A program made the position numbers and the translations under genes. A stretch of 34,657 nucleotides of DNA from Patescibacteria group bacterium (GTDB taxonomy: Bacteria > Patescibacteriota > Gracilibacteria > UM-FILTER-43-11). Location: NCBI GenBank assembly GCA_029260955.1, contig JAJDCF010000014.1:1-34657 (forward strand), read 5' to 3'. This document shows, in pieces, positions 9,254-18,410 of the stretch (within the stretch, counting starts at the first letter, position 1; every line of letters begins with the position of its first letter). The notes under the pieces were generated by a model, which ran no database searches, was not told where the DNA came from, and saw only the letters and a program-made list of their open reading frames with translations.

Positions 9254-10249
9254 TTAGGAATTGAAGCAAAATTGCTTTAGTTCATTATCAGAAATCTGGT
9301 TACAAAGGTCCTTGTCACGTGAAGCAAGAGACTGCCTTAAATAGTACTCATTAATCTTGTCACCTTGCTCCTTGTGGCATTCATCTGCCGCTGACTCACT
9401 ACTCACTTTGTCGCAATGGCTCAAATCTTTTTCATCAAAAGCTAGTCGGGGATAGATAGCGTCTTTGCATTTGGTGGATTTTGGTCCCGCGAGACTATCA
9501 CATAGTTGGACAACTTCTTTAAGCTCTTTTGTGTCAGTTGCATTCTTAGCTGCTTGTTTGCTTTGTTCAATAGCTGCAATGTTACTGGTGACTGTTTTCT
9601 TACACTGATTAGAAAGATAGGAATCAGAAATGCTGTCGCAACTTTCGATGTTTAATGTTTTTGCACTACTCTTTAAATAATAATTATCTTCGCACTGCTG
9701 CCTTAATGCATCGGAGGCTATTACGGTGCAATCATCAGCGCTTTTTGCGCTGTGACTCACAATCATCTGCATTTGATCAAGACACATTTGCTTTAAATCG
9801 GGGGCAGTTATTTTCTCGCAGAGTGAGACATCTCTTTGATCTATAGCCTTATTAAGGTAAATTTTGTCATAGCATTGGGTTTTTAATATTTCGCTGTGCA
9901 ATTCATCACACTGTTTTTCGTCATCGTTATTCAGTATTGTTGCATAATTTATATTATCCTCACATTGTTGGCGCATTTCCTCATTCCAGGTGATTTTTTC
10001 GCAATCAGATATATTCCCGGTATTCAGAGCTTCGACCATGGCATCTGCATCGCCTGACGCCTTTTCTTGCAGGCTGGGTTCAACTGGTTTGGCAAACCCT
10101 TTCGGTTTACTCGGCACTTTTACTACCGCTACTGGTATCTTTGGTGTCGGCTGCTCTTGCTGAGGTATTCGTCCTCTAAAAAAAACAAGTCCCGAAAGGG
10201 CAATTATAACGAGCAGTCCTGGGATGAGCCAGATTCTTAATCTGTTCAT
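9254..10249 (-). CDS. Membrane-anchored Cys-pair repeat protein (331 aa)
   Basis: N-terminal TM, Pro-rich linker, then eight C-x(10-12)-C helical repeats (e.g. CEKITAPDLKQMC, CNQISDNELKQFC). Confidence 0.85.
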   Translation of the reverse strand: MNRLRIWLIPGLLVIIALSGLVFFRGRIPQQEQPTPKIPVAVVKVPSKPKGFAKPVEPSLQEKASGDADAMVEALNTGNISDCEKITWNEEMRQQCEDNINYATILNNDDEKQCDELHSEILKTQCYDKIYLNKAIDQRDVSLCEKITAPDLKQMCLDQMQMIVSHSAKSADDCTVIASDALRQQCEDNYYLKSSAKTLNIESCDSISDSYLSNQCKKTVTSNIAAIEQSKQAAKNATDTKELKEVVQLCDSLAGPKSTKCKDAIYPRLAFDEKDLSHCDKVSSESAADECHKEQGDKINEYYLRQSLASRDKDLCNQISDNELKQFCFNS

Positions 10250-10347
10250 ATATTTTGCTTCCTAATAGATTGATTCACTCTTGTGAATACTAGCAAAAAC
10301 CTTGCTCAAAATAAATTGACACATATGCTCGGATTGGGTGCGCCATA

Positions 10348-11829
10348 CTAAAAGTTTACGACTATTAGGGTGTATCCCCCAAAGCACAAAAAAAATAGAA
10401 AAAGTGAGCCAAGAAAATTTGATCGAAAAAACTTTATTTTAAGCGTGAAGGCAAGGTGTGCAATGACAAGGAAAATACTTATATTGATGATTAGCGGACT
10501 GGCTATAGTTTTTAGTACAAGCTCCTGAGACAGGCCTACATTTTTTTCAATCGCGAAGCTGACCATGAAAAAGTAAGCAATATAAAAAAATAGCAACCAG
10601 CCTGCGAAGCTATCTAGTTCCATAAAAAATGCTACGAAATCCTTTCTTTCCACAGGTATTGTGTCTATTGAATCGGTGGTAGTATCAGCAGGCGTAGACT
10701 GCCTCTCTATTCTGTCCACCAGCTTTTTAGTTTTTGACTGCTTTCGATACTCCTTCCATTTTGTGAATGCCTTAGCTATGTCTTGCTTCCTTGCTCGGCG
10801 AAGAATTACATTTGGCGCACTGATGAAGGAAAAGAATTTTGAAAAAATCCTAAATATGCTTGGTGCTTCATCTCCATTCTTGCCTTTAAGGCCTCTGCTT
10901 AATTTTGCAAGCCAGCGAGCTCGACGCTTTTTGATCCTACTAGCCATGTTCTGATCAATTTTGTCTGCCCCTTTTCGGTTGAAGACTTTCTTGATCTTAG
11001 AAAAAACCTGCTGGGTCCTTTCGAAGCGTGCCAACTTTTTTTGCAGACTGTGAAGTTGCTGGAATTGAAAGCTATTTGCAACAAAGCCGCTACCTTTCAG
11101 TTTAGAGACAGTACTACTGTATTCGGAATCTTCTGTCACATCTTTTCCCAATTTGTCTGGATTGGATACTAGCTCGTAGAGCTCATTGCAGATTTTTGTT
11201 ATGTGCTTTAAATTGTTACTCGATCTTATTCTTTCAAGCTCATTGAGCGTATTCTGAATTTCTTTGAGAAATGCTTCTGAATAATTGTCAGGGTGATTTT
11301 TCAATATCATCTTAGTGTTGATGATGAACTGATCCATCTCTGCAATTATATCCTGGCTTATTTTTTCGCCATCTTCCTCTTCACTTTTTGCCTCAGCTGC
11401 TGATTTGTTTGTAAGGTCGATGCCTTCATCCTCCATCTGATGCTTCCATTCTTCAAATTTCTCCTTTGAACTATCGGCAGCTGGATTGGTAGAACTTTGC
11501 GGATACAAATCAACAACATCAAAACGATACTCCGTTAACAATCTTCTGTAGGCCGAGTTTGCATCTTTAGCATCGATAGTTCCATTCACTTCCTTAGCCT
11601 GAGTGTCTTTGGCAATAAAATAGAATGTTACAATGCCTCCCTGGGTACTTGCCTGAACTTTACTTTGGCTTTCAGCAACCGCTGCCTCTTGGGCTGAAAC
11701 TTCGCTTATACCAACCACAGATAAGCCCATTTTGTGCAGTTCTTCACGTGCAGCATCAATAGACTCGGCATCTAAGACTCCTTCGAGTTTTTGGTTGCTT
11801 GCTCCTAGTGCGGTATACTTGAACTTCAT
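10348..11829 (-). CDS. Membrane protein with two PilC/GspF N-terminal-like domains and 3 C-terminal TM helices
   Basis: MKFKYTALGASNQKLEGVLDAESIDAAREELHKMGLSVVGI and FYFIAKDTQAKEVNGTIDAKDANSAYRRLLTEYRFDVVDL both resemble the PilC N-terminus. No T2SSF domain recognisable. Confidence 0.75.
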   Translation of the reverse strand: MKFKYTALGASNQKLEGVLDAESIDAAREELHKMGLSVVGISEVSAQEAAVAESQSKVQASTQGGIVTFYFIAKDTQAKEVNGTIDAKDANSAYRRLLTEYRFDVVDLYPQSSTNPAADSSKEKFEEWKHQMEDEGIDLTNKSAAEAKSEEEDGEKISQDIIAEMDQFIINTKMILKNHPDNYSEAFLKEIQNTLNELERIRSSNNLKHITKICNELYELVSNPDKLGKDVTEDSEYSSTVSKLKGSGFVANSFQFQQLHSLQKKLARFERTQQVFSKIKKVFNRKGADKIDQNMASRIKKRRARWLAKLSRGLKGKNGDEAPSIFRIFSKFFSFISAPNVILRRARKQDIAKAFTKWKEYRKQSKTKKLVDRIERQSTPADTTTDSIDTIPVERKDFVAFFMELDSFAGWLLFFYIAYFFMVSFAIEKNVGLSQELVLKTIASPLIINISIFLVIAHLAFTLKIKFFRSNFLGSLFLFFLCFGGYTLIVVNF

Positions 11830-11896
11830 TTTATTTCTATTTAAAGGAATTTTACCACAGCTAGAGCTTATTATGCAACAAGAGTATAGTCACAAT

Positions 11897-13900
11897 ATGA
11901 GTTATGCAAAAGTCAGTATCCTAAAACGTCCGGGCGAGTTTGATCAGCCACTTACCTACAAGATTCCAACGGCCTTGAGTCAAAAGTGCTCTGTGGGGCA
12001 GGGGGTGAGTGTTGAGCTACGCAGTCAAATGACCAGAGGCATTGTTATTTCGCTTGAATCAAAACTTTCCGAAAGTGTTGAAAATGTGAAGGAAGTTCAG
12101 GATTTTTTGCCGGATTTGTTTTTGGAGTCCGAAACGATTGAGCTAGCTAAACGAATCGCAGATTATTATCAGTGCTCACTACTTCGTGCTCTCAAACTTT
12201 TTGTTCCCAGAACGCTGTGGCAAGGTAAAGGTAAGCGTACGCTGGCTAAAATAGAAAAGGAGGACTACAAAAAAGCTGATCCAAAGATGTTTCCACTGGC
12301 GCCTCTTGAGCATGAGCTTACAGCAGAACAGAGCAAAGCGCTCAAAACAATTGCCTCAGAGGAAAGGCCGATTTTGCTTCATGGTGTGACTGGCTCCGGT
12401 AAGACAGAAATTTACCTTCGCATGATTCTGGAGGCCGTCAAAAAAGGTCAGCAGGCTATTTTGCTTGTGCCCGAAATTGCTTTGACCCCACAGATGATCG
12501 AGTATTTTCAGCGCTATTTTGGCCCTTATTTGGCCTTACTTCATTCTAAACTTTCTGATGGTCAGAAGCTGCATGAGTGGTTCAAAATCAAGAGTGGTTA
12601 TGCGCCACTAGTCATTGGTTCACGTTCGGCCATATTTGCACCCGTAAAGAATCTTGGCGTACTCATTTTGGATGAGGAGCATGAATGGACCTACAAGCAG
12701 GAATCTTCGCCTTACTACGAAACACATCGAGTTGCCGAGATGATGAAAGAGATGACAGGTTGCCAGATTATTCTTGGAACAGCCACACCCCGACTTGAAA
12801 GCTTTTATAAAGCGGAAGTAGGGGATTATGCTCATATAAAATTACCCAACCGAATTAATTCCTTTGCGTTGCCCAAAGTCGAGGTGGTGGACTTGCGCGA
12901 TGAGTTTAAACGAAAGAATTTCAGTATTTTTTCACATGCCCTGTTTTCCAAAATTCAAGATCGCCTAAAAAAGAAGGAACAGATCATTCTTTTTGTGAAT
13001 CAGCGTGGAATGGCAAGAGCCGTTGTTTGCCGCGATTGTGGCCTGTCACTCAATTGTCCGGAGTGCGAGGTTAGCTTAAAGCTGCATGGGGGAACTTATG
13101 GAGGTGCGCAATACATGCTCTGCCATTATTGTTCGTATAGGTGCGAGCCGCAACTTACTTGCCCTCATTGCAGTTCATCCAATATTCGCCATGCGGGCCT
13201 TGGAACCGAGCGAGTTGAGGAGGAGCTTTCTAAGGCATTCCCCGATGCTAGAGTCGTTAGGGCCGATAAAGACACGACATCTAACAAGCTAGGCTTTGAG
13301 CCCATTTACGGAGCTTTTAAAAAACGTGAATACGATATTCTCGTGGGCACTCAAATGGTGGCCAAAGGTCTGGATTTTCCGAATGTTACCTTGATTGGCA
13401 TAATGCTGGCCGACATTGGTCTTCATGTGCCGGATTTTCGCAGTCATGAGCGCCTGTTTCACATAATAACTCAGGTGTCCGGGCGTGCTGGCCGAGGAAA
13501 GGCTAAGGGCGAGGTTGTTTTGCAGACATACCAGCCTGAACACCATGCTATTCGTATGGCGGCTGATTATGCTTACGATGAGTTTGCGGCAAAGGAGCTT
13601 AATTTTAGAAAGCGCCTTAAATACCCGCCCTTTTCTCACTTGATCAAGTTTGTTGTGACGGGTTTTGACCTGGAAAAGCTAAAGAAACATGTTCAATTAG
13701 AGCAAGAGGTCCTGGAAGATATTTTTAAAGTGAATAAGCTGCCTGTAACCATTACCTCGGCTCCTGCCATGATGTCAAAGATAGGTAAGAACTACTATTA
13801 TCATGTACTTTTAAGAAGCCCAGATCCTCATTTAATATTCAACCATTGGAAGCCACCAAGAGGATGGAGGATCGATATTGACCCGGTTAATACTGTTTAA
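11897..13900 (+). CDS. priA: Primosomal protein N' (replication restart helicase)
   Basis: LLHGVTGSGKTEIY, LVPEIALTPQ, DEEHE, four CxxC zinc motifs, GTQMVAKGLDFP, QVSGRAGR. Start moved to ATG 11897 to avoid overlap with the divergent gene. Confidence 0.97.
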   Translation: MSYAKVSILKRPGEFDQPLTYKIPTALSQKCSVGQGVSVELRSQMTRGIVISLESKLSESVENVKEVQDFLPDLFLESETIELAKRIADYYQCSLLRALKLFVPRTLWQGKGKRTLAKIEKEDYKKADPKMFPLAPLEHELTAEQSKALKTIASEERPILLHGVTGSGKTEIYLRMILEAVKKGQQAILLVPEIALTPQMIEYFQRYFGPYLALLHSKLSDGQKLHEWFKIKSGYAPLVIGSRSAIFAPVKNLGVLILDEEHEWTYKQESSPYYETHRVAEMMKEMTGCQIILGTATPRLESFYKAEVGDYAHIKLPNRINSFALPKVEVVDLRDEFKRKNFSIFSHALFSKIQDRLKKKEQIILFVNQRGMARAVVCRDCGLSLNCPECEVSLKLHGGTYGGAQYMLCHYCSYRCEPQLTCPHCSSSNIRHAGLGTERVEEELSKAFPDARVVRADKDTTSNKLGFEPIYGAFKKREYDILVGTQMVAKGLDFPNVTLIGIMLADIGLHVPDFRSHERLFHIITQVSGRAGRGKAKGEVVLQTYQPEHHAIRMAADYAYDEFAAKELNFRKRLKYPPFSHLIKFVVTGFDLEKLKKHVQLEQEVLEDIFKVNKLPVTITSAPAMMSKIGKNYYYHVLLRSPDPHLIFNHWKPPRGWRIDIDPVNTV

Positions 13901-16900
13901 ATTCTGGTGACGATATTGGCTAGGATTTCTTGGAACCTATCTTCACTCATTTGGCTAAACATGGTGCTGATTATCAGATCCAAGTTGTTGTATATTTGGT
14001 CAATCACTGTTACTTGCCCAAGCTCTGCGGCTAGCGATGGGTAACGTTGTATTAAGTGATCCCTTGCTTGAATACCTAGCTCTTGTTTTCTCGTATCGCC
14101 TCTGGCTTCTTGTCCTCTTAGCATGCCGAAAAAATCTGCATCAATTTCAAAAAGAAATTGTTGGGTTATTTCGCGGTGTTGTCTGGTGTTTGCATCATGG
14201 TGATTACCCACTTTTCGTTCACGAGGCATATCTTGATTCATTGCTTCGTTTGATCTCGTATTGATATCCTTTTCACCGCTTAAATAGGCCGTTCCATCTA
14301 GCATACCTTCTGACATCGCGATCCAGCCGGCCATACGGGCGAAGTTCTTCTTGTTAGCATACTGCGGATTTTTGGCATTTTCTTCAAGCCACTGAACTGC
14401 TCCAACGTAGGCGTTACTCACACCTGTAATTTTTGTTTCGGTCTGCCCGGATCTACCCGATAGGAAGCTTTTAGCCGTGTTTGCATCACCTAAACAAGCA
14501 ATACTGCGTCCCCAGTCATGATCCCATCCACGTTCATTCACAGATTTCTTTACACGCTCTATGACCTGGTTGTTGTTTTGAACCACCGTCCAGTACCAGT
14601 TTTTAAATTCATCCCCAAATCCGTCCTCTGAAATGCTACCTTTTTCGAAGTCTCTGCCAAAGTTTTGTTCTGCGTATCTCTTCCAGTCGGCTGTGGTCAT
14701 GGGGGGTGACAGAGTAGAGAACCAGTCAATTGATGGCCATACGTTTAGGTGTTCGCCAAGCGCTAATCCGCGATCAGGCGCTAAAAGACCTCTGGCCATT
14801 CCTGATATCAAATGAAACATTACGTTTTCCGCATATGATTTTCCGTTCTTAATACCATATTCCAGAATGGACTCATATTGCATGGGATCTACATGTTCAC
14901 CTTCTCTAGCTTGTGCCAGGAGCTCATCCAGTCTTTCAGTTAATACATTCTGGGTTCTATTGTTTTCTGTGTCATATTTCCCTTTCTCGCTTTGGTAAGC
15001 GCTTTCCTGATCTCGCACTAGGCTGGGAAATTCATCAAAGTCGTAGATTTCACCCAGAGCCCTGTGTAATTTTTGTCTTAGTAGAATTGGATTGTGGTGT
15101 AGAATCTGGTCGCCTGGTTTAAGTAAAACGCTGGACTGAAGATTGTTCAGTACTTTCCATAAATTTTCATTTCGCAAATTGAAACGGCCCTTTTTTGCCA
15201 AAATTCTCAGAATGGCTTTGAGCTGATCCTTGCCGGGAAAGGTGCTGTTGGCGATGCTTTCCAGTTCTTCTTCTAGTTGCCAGGCATCCAGGTTTTCGTA
15301 TCTGCTCTGCCATTCTTGCACCTCATCTGCTTCCGCCTTTTGCTCTCTGGCTCTGGCTTCACGTCCCATATCGGTGTTACCGAATAGTGCCATGCCAATT
15401 TTGGCAGCATGATCGGCTACGGTTCGGTCGTTTCTTCGACTAATAAATTCATAAACATCGGTACCCATTTGCACGAAGTCTTGCATTGAAAGAAAGGTGG
15501 TGTTTAGCCATAGTTTCTGAAGAATGTTCATTTCGGTATTTGGAGACTTGCGTGCGGCCTTCCCAACCTTGTCTTCCACATCACCTAGGTCTTTCGAAAT
15601 TTTTTCATTGCGACTTGTAATAGCGGCAACAATTACTTCACTATCCTCGTTCCGCAGAAGATCCTCATTAAGATCTTCAGTGGCATCGTTGAAGCCCTTC
15701 ATAGCGCGAATTAGTTCGGGACCTCCGGTTACTTTGTCAAGATGTTCCGATTTATCCAGCTCTTCCAGTCGCCGCCTGATATGTTCGATTTGCTCCAAAT
15801 TCTTTTTGTGAACAGCATGCTCCTTGGTTTTTGGGCCGCTGGATGGACCACCTGATCCACCTGAGCCTCCTGATGCATTGCCCCCATAGTCTCCTGCATC
15901 TTCATCTGCTCCACCTGAATAACCAAATTTTTCCTTTTCTGACTTGGGGTTTTTATTGTAGTCTTCATATTCGCGAGCTTTATTTGCAATGTTGCCCAGG
16001 ATTCCTGTTCCAGCACCAAGTATGAGGTTGTGTAGTCTCGCTTTGTTTTTTTGTTTAGTGGTGCCGCGTTCTTCGACAAAGTCTTTATTCAGCTCATTTT
16101 GCATGGCGTATATCTCGCTGAGAATGTAATCGTCATGCGAGGGATCGTCTTTCCACTTTCCACCGTCAGGAGCTGTTTTTCCTTCGGCATTCTCCATTTT
16201 TACAAAGGCTGCTCTGATCTTTTTCCAGTGATCTGGATCGGCTTCAATATATGCCTTTCTGACATCGTCTCTTATTTTTGAATTCCTTTCGAATTCAACA
16301 TGAAGTAATTCGTGAGTTACTTGTTTCTTAAGTCCAATAAGATCACCTCCTTTACCAAAAACAGTTTCATCTATGATGATTTTCCATTTGCTGCCTTCCT
16401 TCTCAAAAACCATATCTCCTTCCGGAGTGGTCTCTCGGTGTTCCTTTTCAAATTCAGCATGAGACACTAATTCTAAGTGCTCAGCGCCAAGATTGGTTTC
16501 TAGAATATGGCGAATATCATCAGGGTTTTTAGCTTTTCCTAGCTCTTTGATTGTTTTGTGGGCCAGCTTTGCATCTTGATTCTCTGGGCTGCGAGCTTCG
16601 GCTAGGCTGGCATCCAGGTTTTCAAATATGGCTAATTTTGGAGCTAGGGTATTTAAGTCATTCTTGATGGCGATTAGTTCTTCAGGTCCTATGTCATCCA
16701 TATTTTCCAGGCGACTGCCAAAGGCTGCCATTTGCTGTCTTATTTCGCCCTCAGGGTCGATAAAGGCGTCCAGAGTATTCAACTCCTTTTTTAGAATTGG
16801 TGAAACACCCTCCCATCCTTTCCCCCCCTGTTCAGCTATGGCAATCTCCTTCAGTTCTGCAATTTTTTGAGGTGTTAGATTGTCAATAACAGTACTAAAT

Positions 16901-18159
16901 TTTTTGTAGTTCCATGTGATCTCATTTTGAATGGCAGACCTATTTTCTTCGCCTGCTTCAACCTCTTCGAGACTTGTGGAAAGAGCTAATTTTGTAGACT
17001 TAAAGTTTCTGGCTATTCTATTATATATTTTTGGATCGCTATGTTTTTGTTCAATAAGAAGATGCTTTGCTTCTGCAAATTCATCTTCGATGGACTTTAT
17101 CGTTTCCTCACTAAACATACCGCGCTTTTTGGTGTCAGCTAGTTGTTTTTGGAGTTCGTCGAATTCCTTGGTCAAGTAATCTCGTACTCTTTCTGCTCGA
17201 ATTCCCTGAGCTTCAATGATAAGTCGCTGGAGCTTTTCGAGAGTACTCGGGTCAACATTGTCAGTAACTGGCCTTGAAGCCTCTTTTCTCTCCTCCAATT
17301 TTCTTTGTCCGTGAGTCCAATCAGATCGACCTTTCTTTATTTGTGCTTGGTAGTGGGGGATTAGCGAGTTTATTTGCTTGAGTCTTTGCCTTAGGCGTTC
17401 TCTTTCGTCGGTCTCGGCTTCTGCAATCTTGACGTTGATTTCGACTTCTTCATTTTCGAGAGCTTTGATTTCTTGCTCGGTAGACTTCTTACCCTCAAGC
17501 CATTTTCTATCAGCATCTTCGAATAGTTTCTCTCTGGTTCTACCCAAAGCATATTGCGCGTTATCGTTGGTGGTCATTTGATCGCTGGCATCTTTAAGCT
17601 CCTTTTCCAGTTTGCTATCAACAAACTGCAGCATGTCGGAGTTCATAAAAAGATACATATCGACTTCATCGATCGTGCGATTTGTTAGGCTATTTATGAG
17701 ACGTTGATCACTTTCAATTTGGTCTACTGCATCATTCAATTCCGTGGCATTTGTCACTGGTTTTTGCCTTTCTGATAAAGCCTTAATGCAGTTTATCCTG
17801 TTTGTTTCAAGTTCCTCACGCTTCGCAGTACTCTTTTCTGTTTTCAGAAAGAACTCAATGTCATTGATTCTGTTCTGTAGGCCGTTTAGAAGATCTGGAT
17901 TGAGGGGTGTAGATGCTGATTCAAGTTGATCCATTTGATCCTCTATGCTTCTTATCTCCTTTTCTATTTCAGCGCGTTTAACCAGATCCTTTTCTGTTTC
18001 GAGTCTCGCAACCAAAGCGCCCCAATCTCTTGCCAGGACCGCTTGTGAGCTTTCAGCACTTTCTTCAAGCTTCAGAAATATGAGATTTGTATCCAAAATT
18101 GGATTACAGGAATATATCTCTCTGAAACAGTAGCCGATGTTTCTTTTCCAAAAACTCAT
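13897..18159 (-). CDS. Giant coiled-coil protein with HEXXH zincin-like motif (1420 aa)
   Basis: About 550 aa of Glu/Lys-rich heptads, then VTHELLH with a downstream ILSEIYA, a GS-rich linker, and a Trp-rich globular C-terminal region. Has its own consensus promoter. Confidence 0.85.
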   Translation of the reverse strand: MSFWKRNIGYCFREIYSCNPILDTNLIFLKLEESAESSQAVLARDWGALVARLETEKDLVKRAEIEKEIRSIEDQMDQLESASTPLNPDLLNGLQNRINDIEFFLKTEKSTAKREELETNRINCIKALSERQKPVTNATELNDAVDQIESDQRLINSLTNRTIDEVDMYLFMNSDMLQFVDSKLEKELKDASDQMTTNDNAQYALGRTREKLFEDADRKWLEGKKSTEQEIKALENEEVEINVKIAEAETDERERLRQRLKQINSLIPHYQAQIKKGRSDWTHGQRKLEERKEASRPVTDNVDPSTLEKLQRLIIEAQGIRAERVRDYLTKEFDELQKQLADTKKRGMFSEETIKSIEDEFAEAKHLLIEQKHSDPKIYNRIARNFKSTKLALSTSLEEVEAGEENRSAIQNEITWNYKKFSTVIDNLTPQKIAELKEIAIAEQGGKGWEGVSPILKKELNTLDAFIDPEGEIRQQMAAFGSRLENMDDIGPEELIAIKNDLNTLAPKLAIFENLDASLAEARSPENQDAKLAHKTIKELGKAKNPDDIRHILETNLGAEHLELVSHAEFEKEHRETTPEGDMVFEKEGSKWKIIIDETVFGKGGDLIGLKKQVTHELLHVEFERNSKIRDDVRKAYIEADPDHWKKIRAAFVKMENAEGKTAPDGGKWKDDPSHDDYILSEIYAMQNELNKDFVEERGTTKQKNKARLHNLILGAGTGILGNIANKAREYEDYNKNPKSEKEKFGYSGGADEDAGDYGGNASGGSGGSGGPSSGPKTKEHAVHKKNLEQIEHIRRRLEELDKSEHLDKVTGGPELIRAMKGFNDATEDLNEDLLRNEDSEVIVAAITSRNEKISKDLGDVEDKVGKAARKSPNTEMNILQKLWLNTTFLSMQDFVQMGTDVYEFISRRNDRTVADHAAKIGMALFGNTDMGREARAREQKAEADEVQEWQSRYENLDAWQLEEELESIANSTFPGKDQLKAILRILAKKGRFNLRNENLWKVLNNLQSSVLLKPGDQILHHNPILLRQKLHRALGEIYDFDEFPSLVRDQESAYQSEKGKYDTENNRTQNVLTERLDELLAQAREGEHVDPMQYESILEYGIKNGKSYAENVMFHLISGMARGLLAPDRGLALGEHLNVWPSIDWFSTLSPPMTTADWKRYAEQNFGRDFEKGSISEDGFGDEFKNWYWTVVQNNNQVIERVKKSVNERGWDHDWGRSIACLGDANTAKSFLSGRSGQTETKITGVSNAYVGAVQWLEENAKNPQYANKKNFARMAGWIAMSEGMLDGTAYLSGEKDINTRSNEAMNQDMPRERKVGNHHDANTRQHREITQQFLFEIDADFFGMLRGQEARGDTRKQELGIQARDHLIQRYPSLAAELGQVTVIDQIYNNLDLIISTMFSQMSEDRFQEILANIVTRI

Positions 18160-18180
18160 AAAGGTATAAATAATCTATAT

Positions 18181-18209
18181 ATTATACATCAAATCGGGCC
18201 ACTTTTCAA
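18181..18209 (-). promoter_or_regulatory. Near-consensus sigma70 promoter for the 1420-aa gene
   Basis: TTGAAA (18204-18209), 17 nt, TATAAT (18181-18186); 21 nt separate the -10 from the ATG. Confidence 0.75.
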
Positions 18210-18244
18210 GGGGGATTTGGCTTCCTGAAGCTAATATTTTATAT

Positions 18245-18322
18245 AAAGAAAGCCAGCCCCGATGGACTGGAAATGATGATGGATGGCCGAGTCGCAAAAT
18301 GAGTCGTTACTAGCTCACAGCC
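18245..18322 (-). ncRNA. Putative ~78-nt small RNA (promoter-to-terminator unit with no ORF)
   Basis: TTGACA-16-TATACT promoter with extended -10 (18329-18356); 5' GGCUG..CGGCC stem; terminator CCAGUCC-AUCG-GGGCUGG-CUUUCUUU (18245-18270); no ATG on this strand. Confidence 0.45.
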
Positions 18323-18362
18323 GTACCGAGTATAGCACCCTATGATTATTTGTCAAGTCGAA

Positions 18363-18394
18363 GTCCCGAGCCCACCCGAAGGTGAGCTCAGGAC
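18363..18394 (-). terminator. cUUCGg hairpin ending the 355-aa orphan gene
   Basis: GUCCUGAGCUCACC-UUCG-GGUGGGCUCGGGAC just after the stop codon; weak U tract. Confidence 0.65.
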
Positions 18395-18410
18395 GGTTGA
18401 CTCCGTTCGA

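Noticed and set aside
11732-11896. N-terminal extension of PriA in the ORF track
   Set aside because: Overlaps the divergent gene start; the PriA-like sequence begins at ATG 11897.
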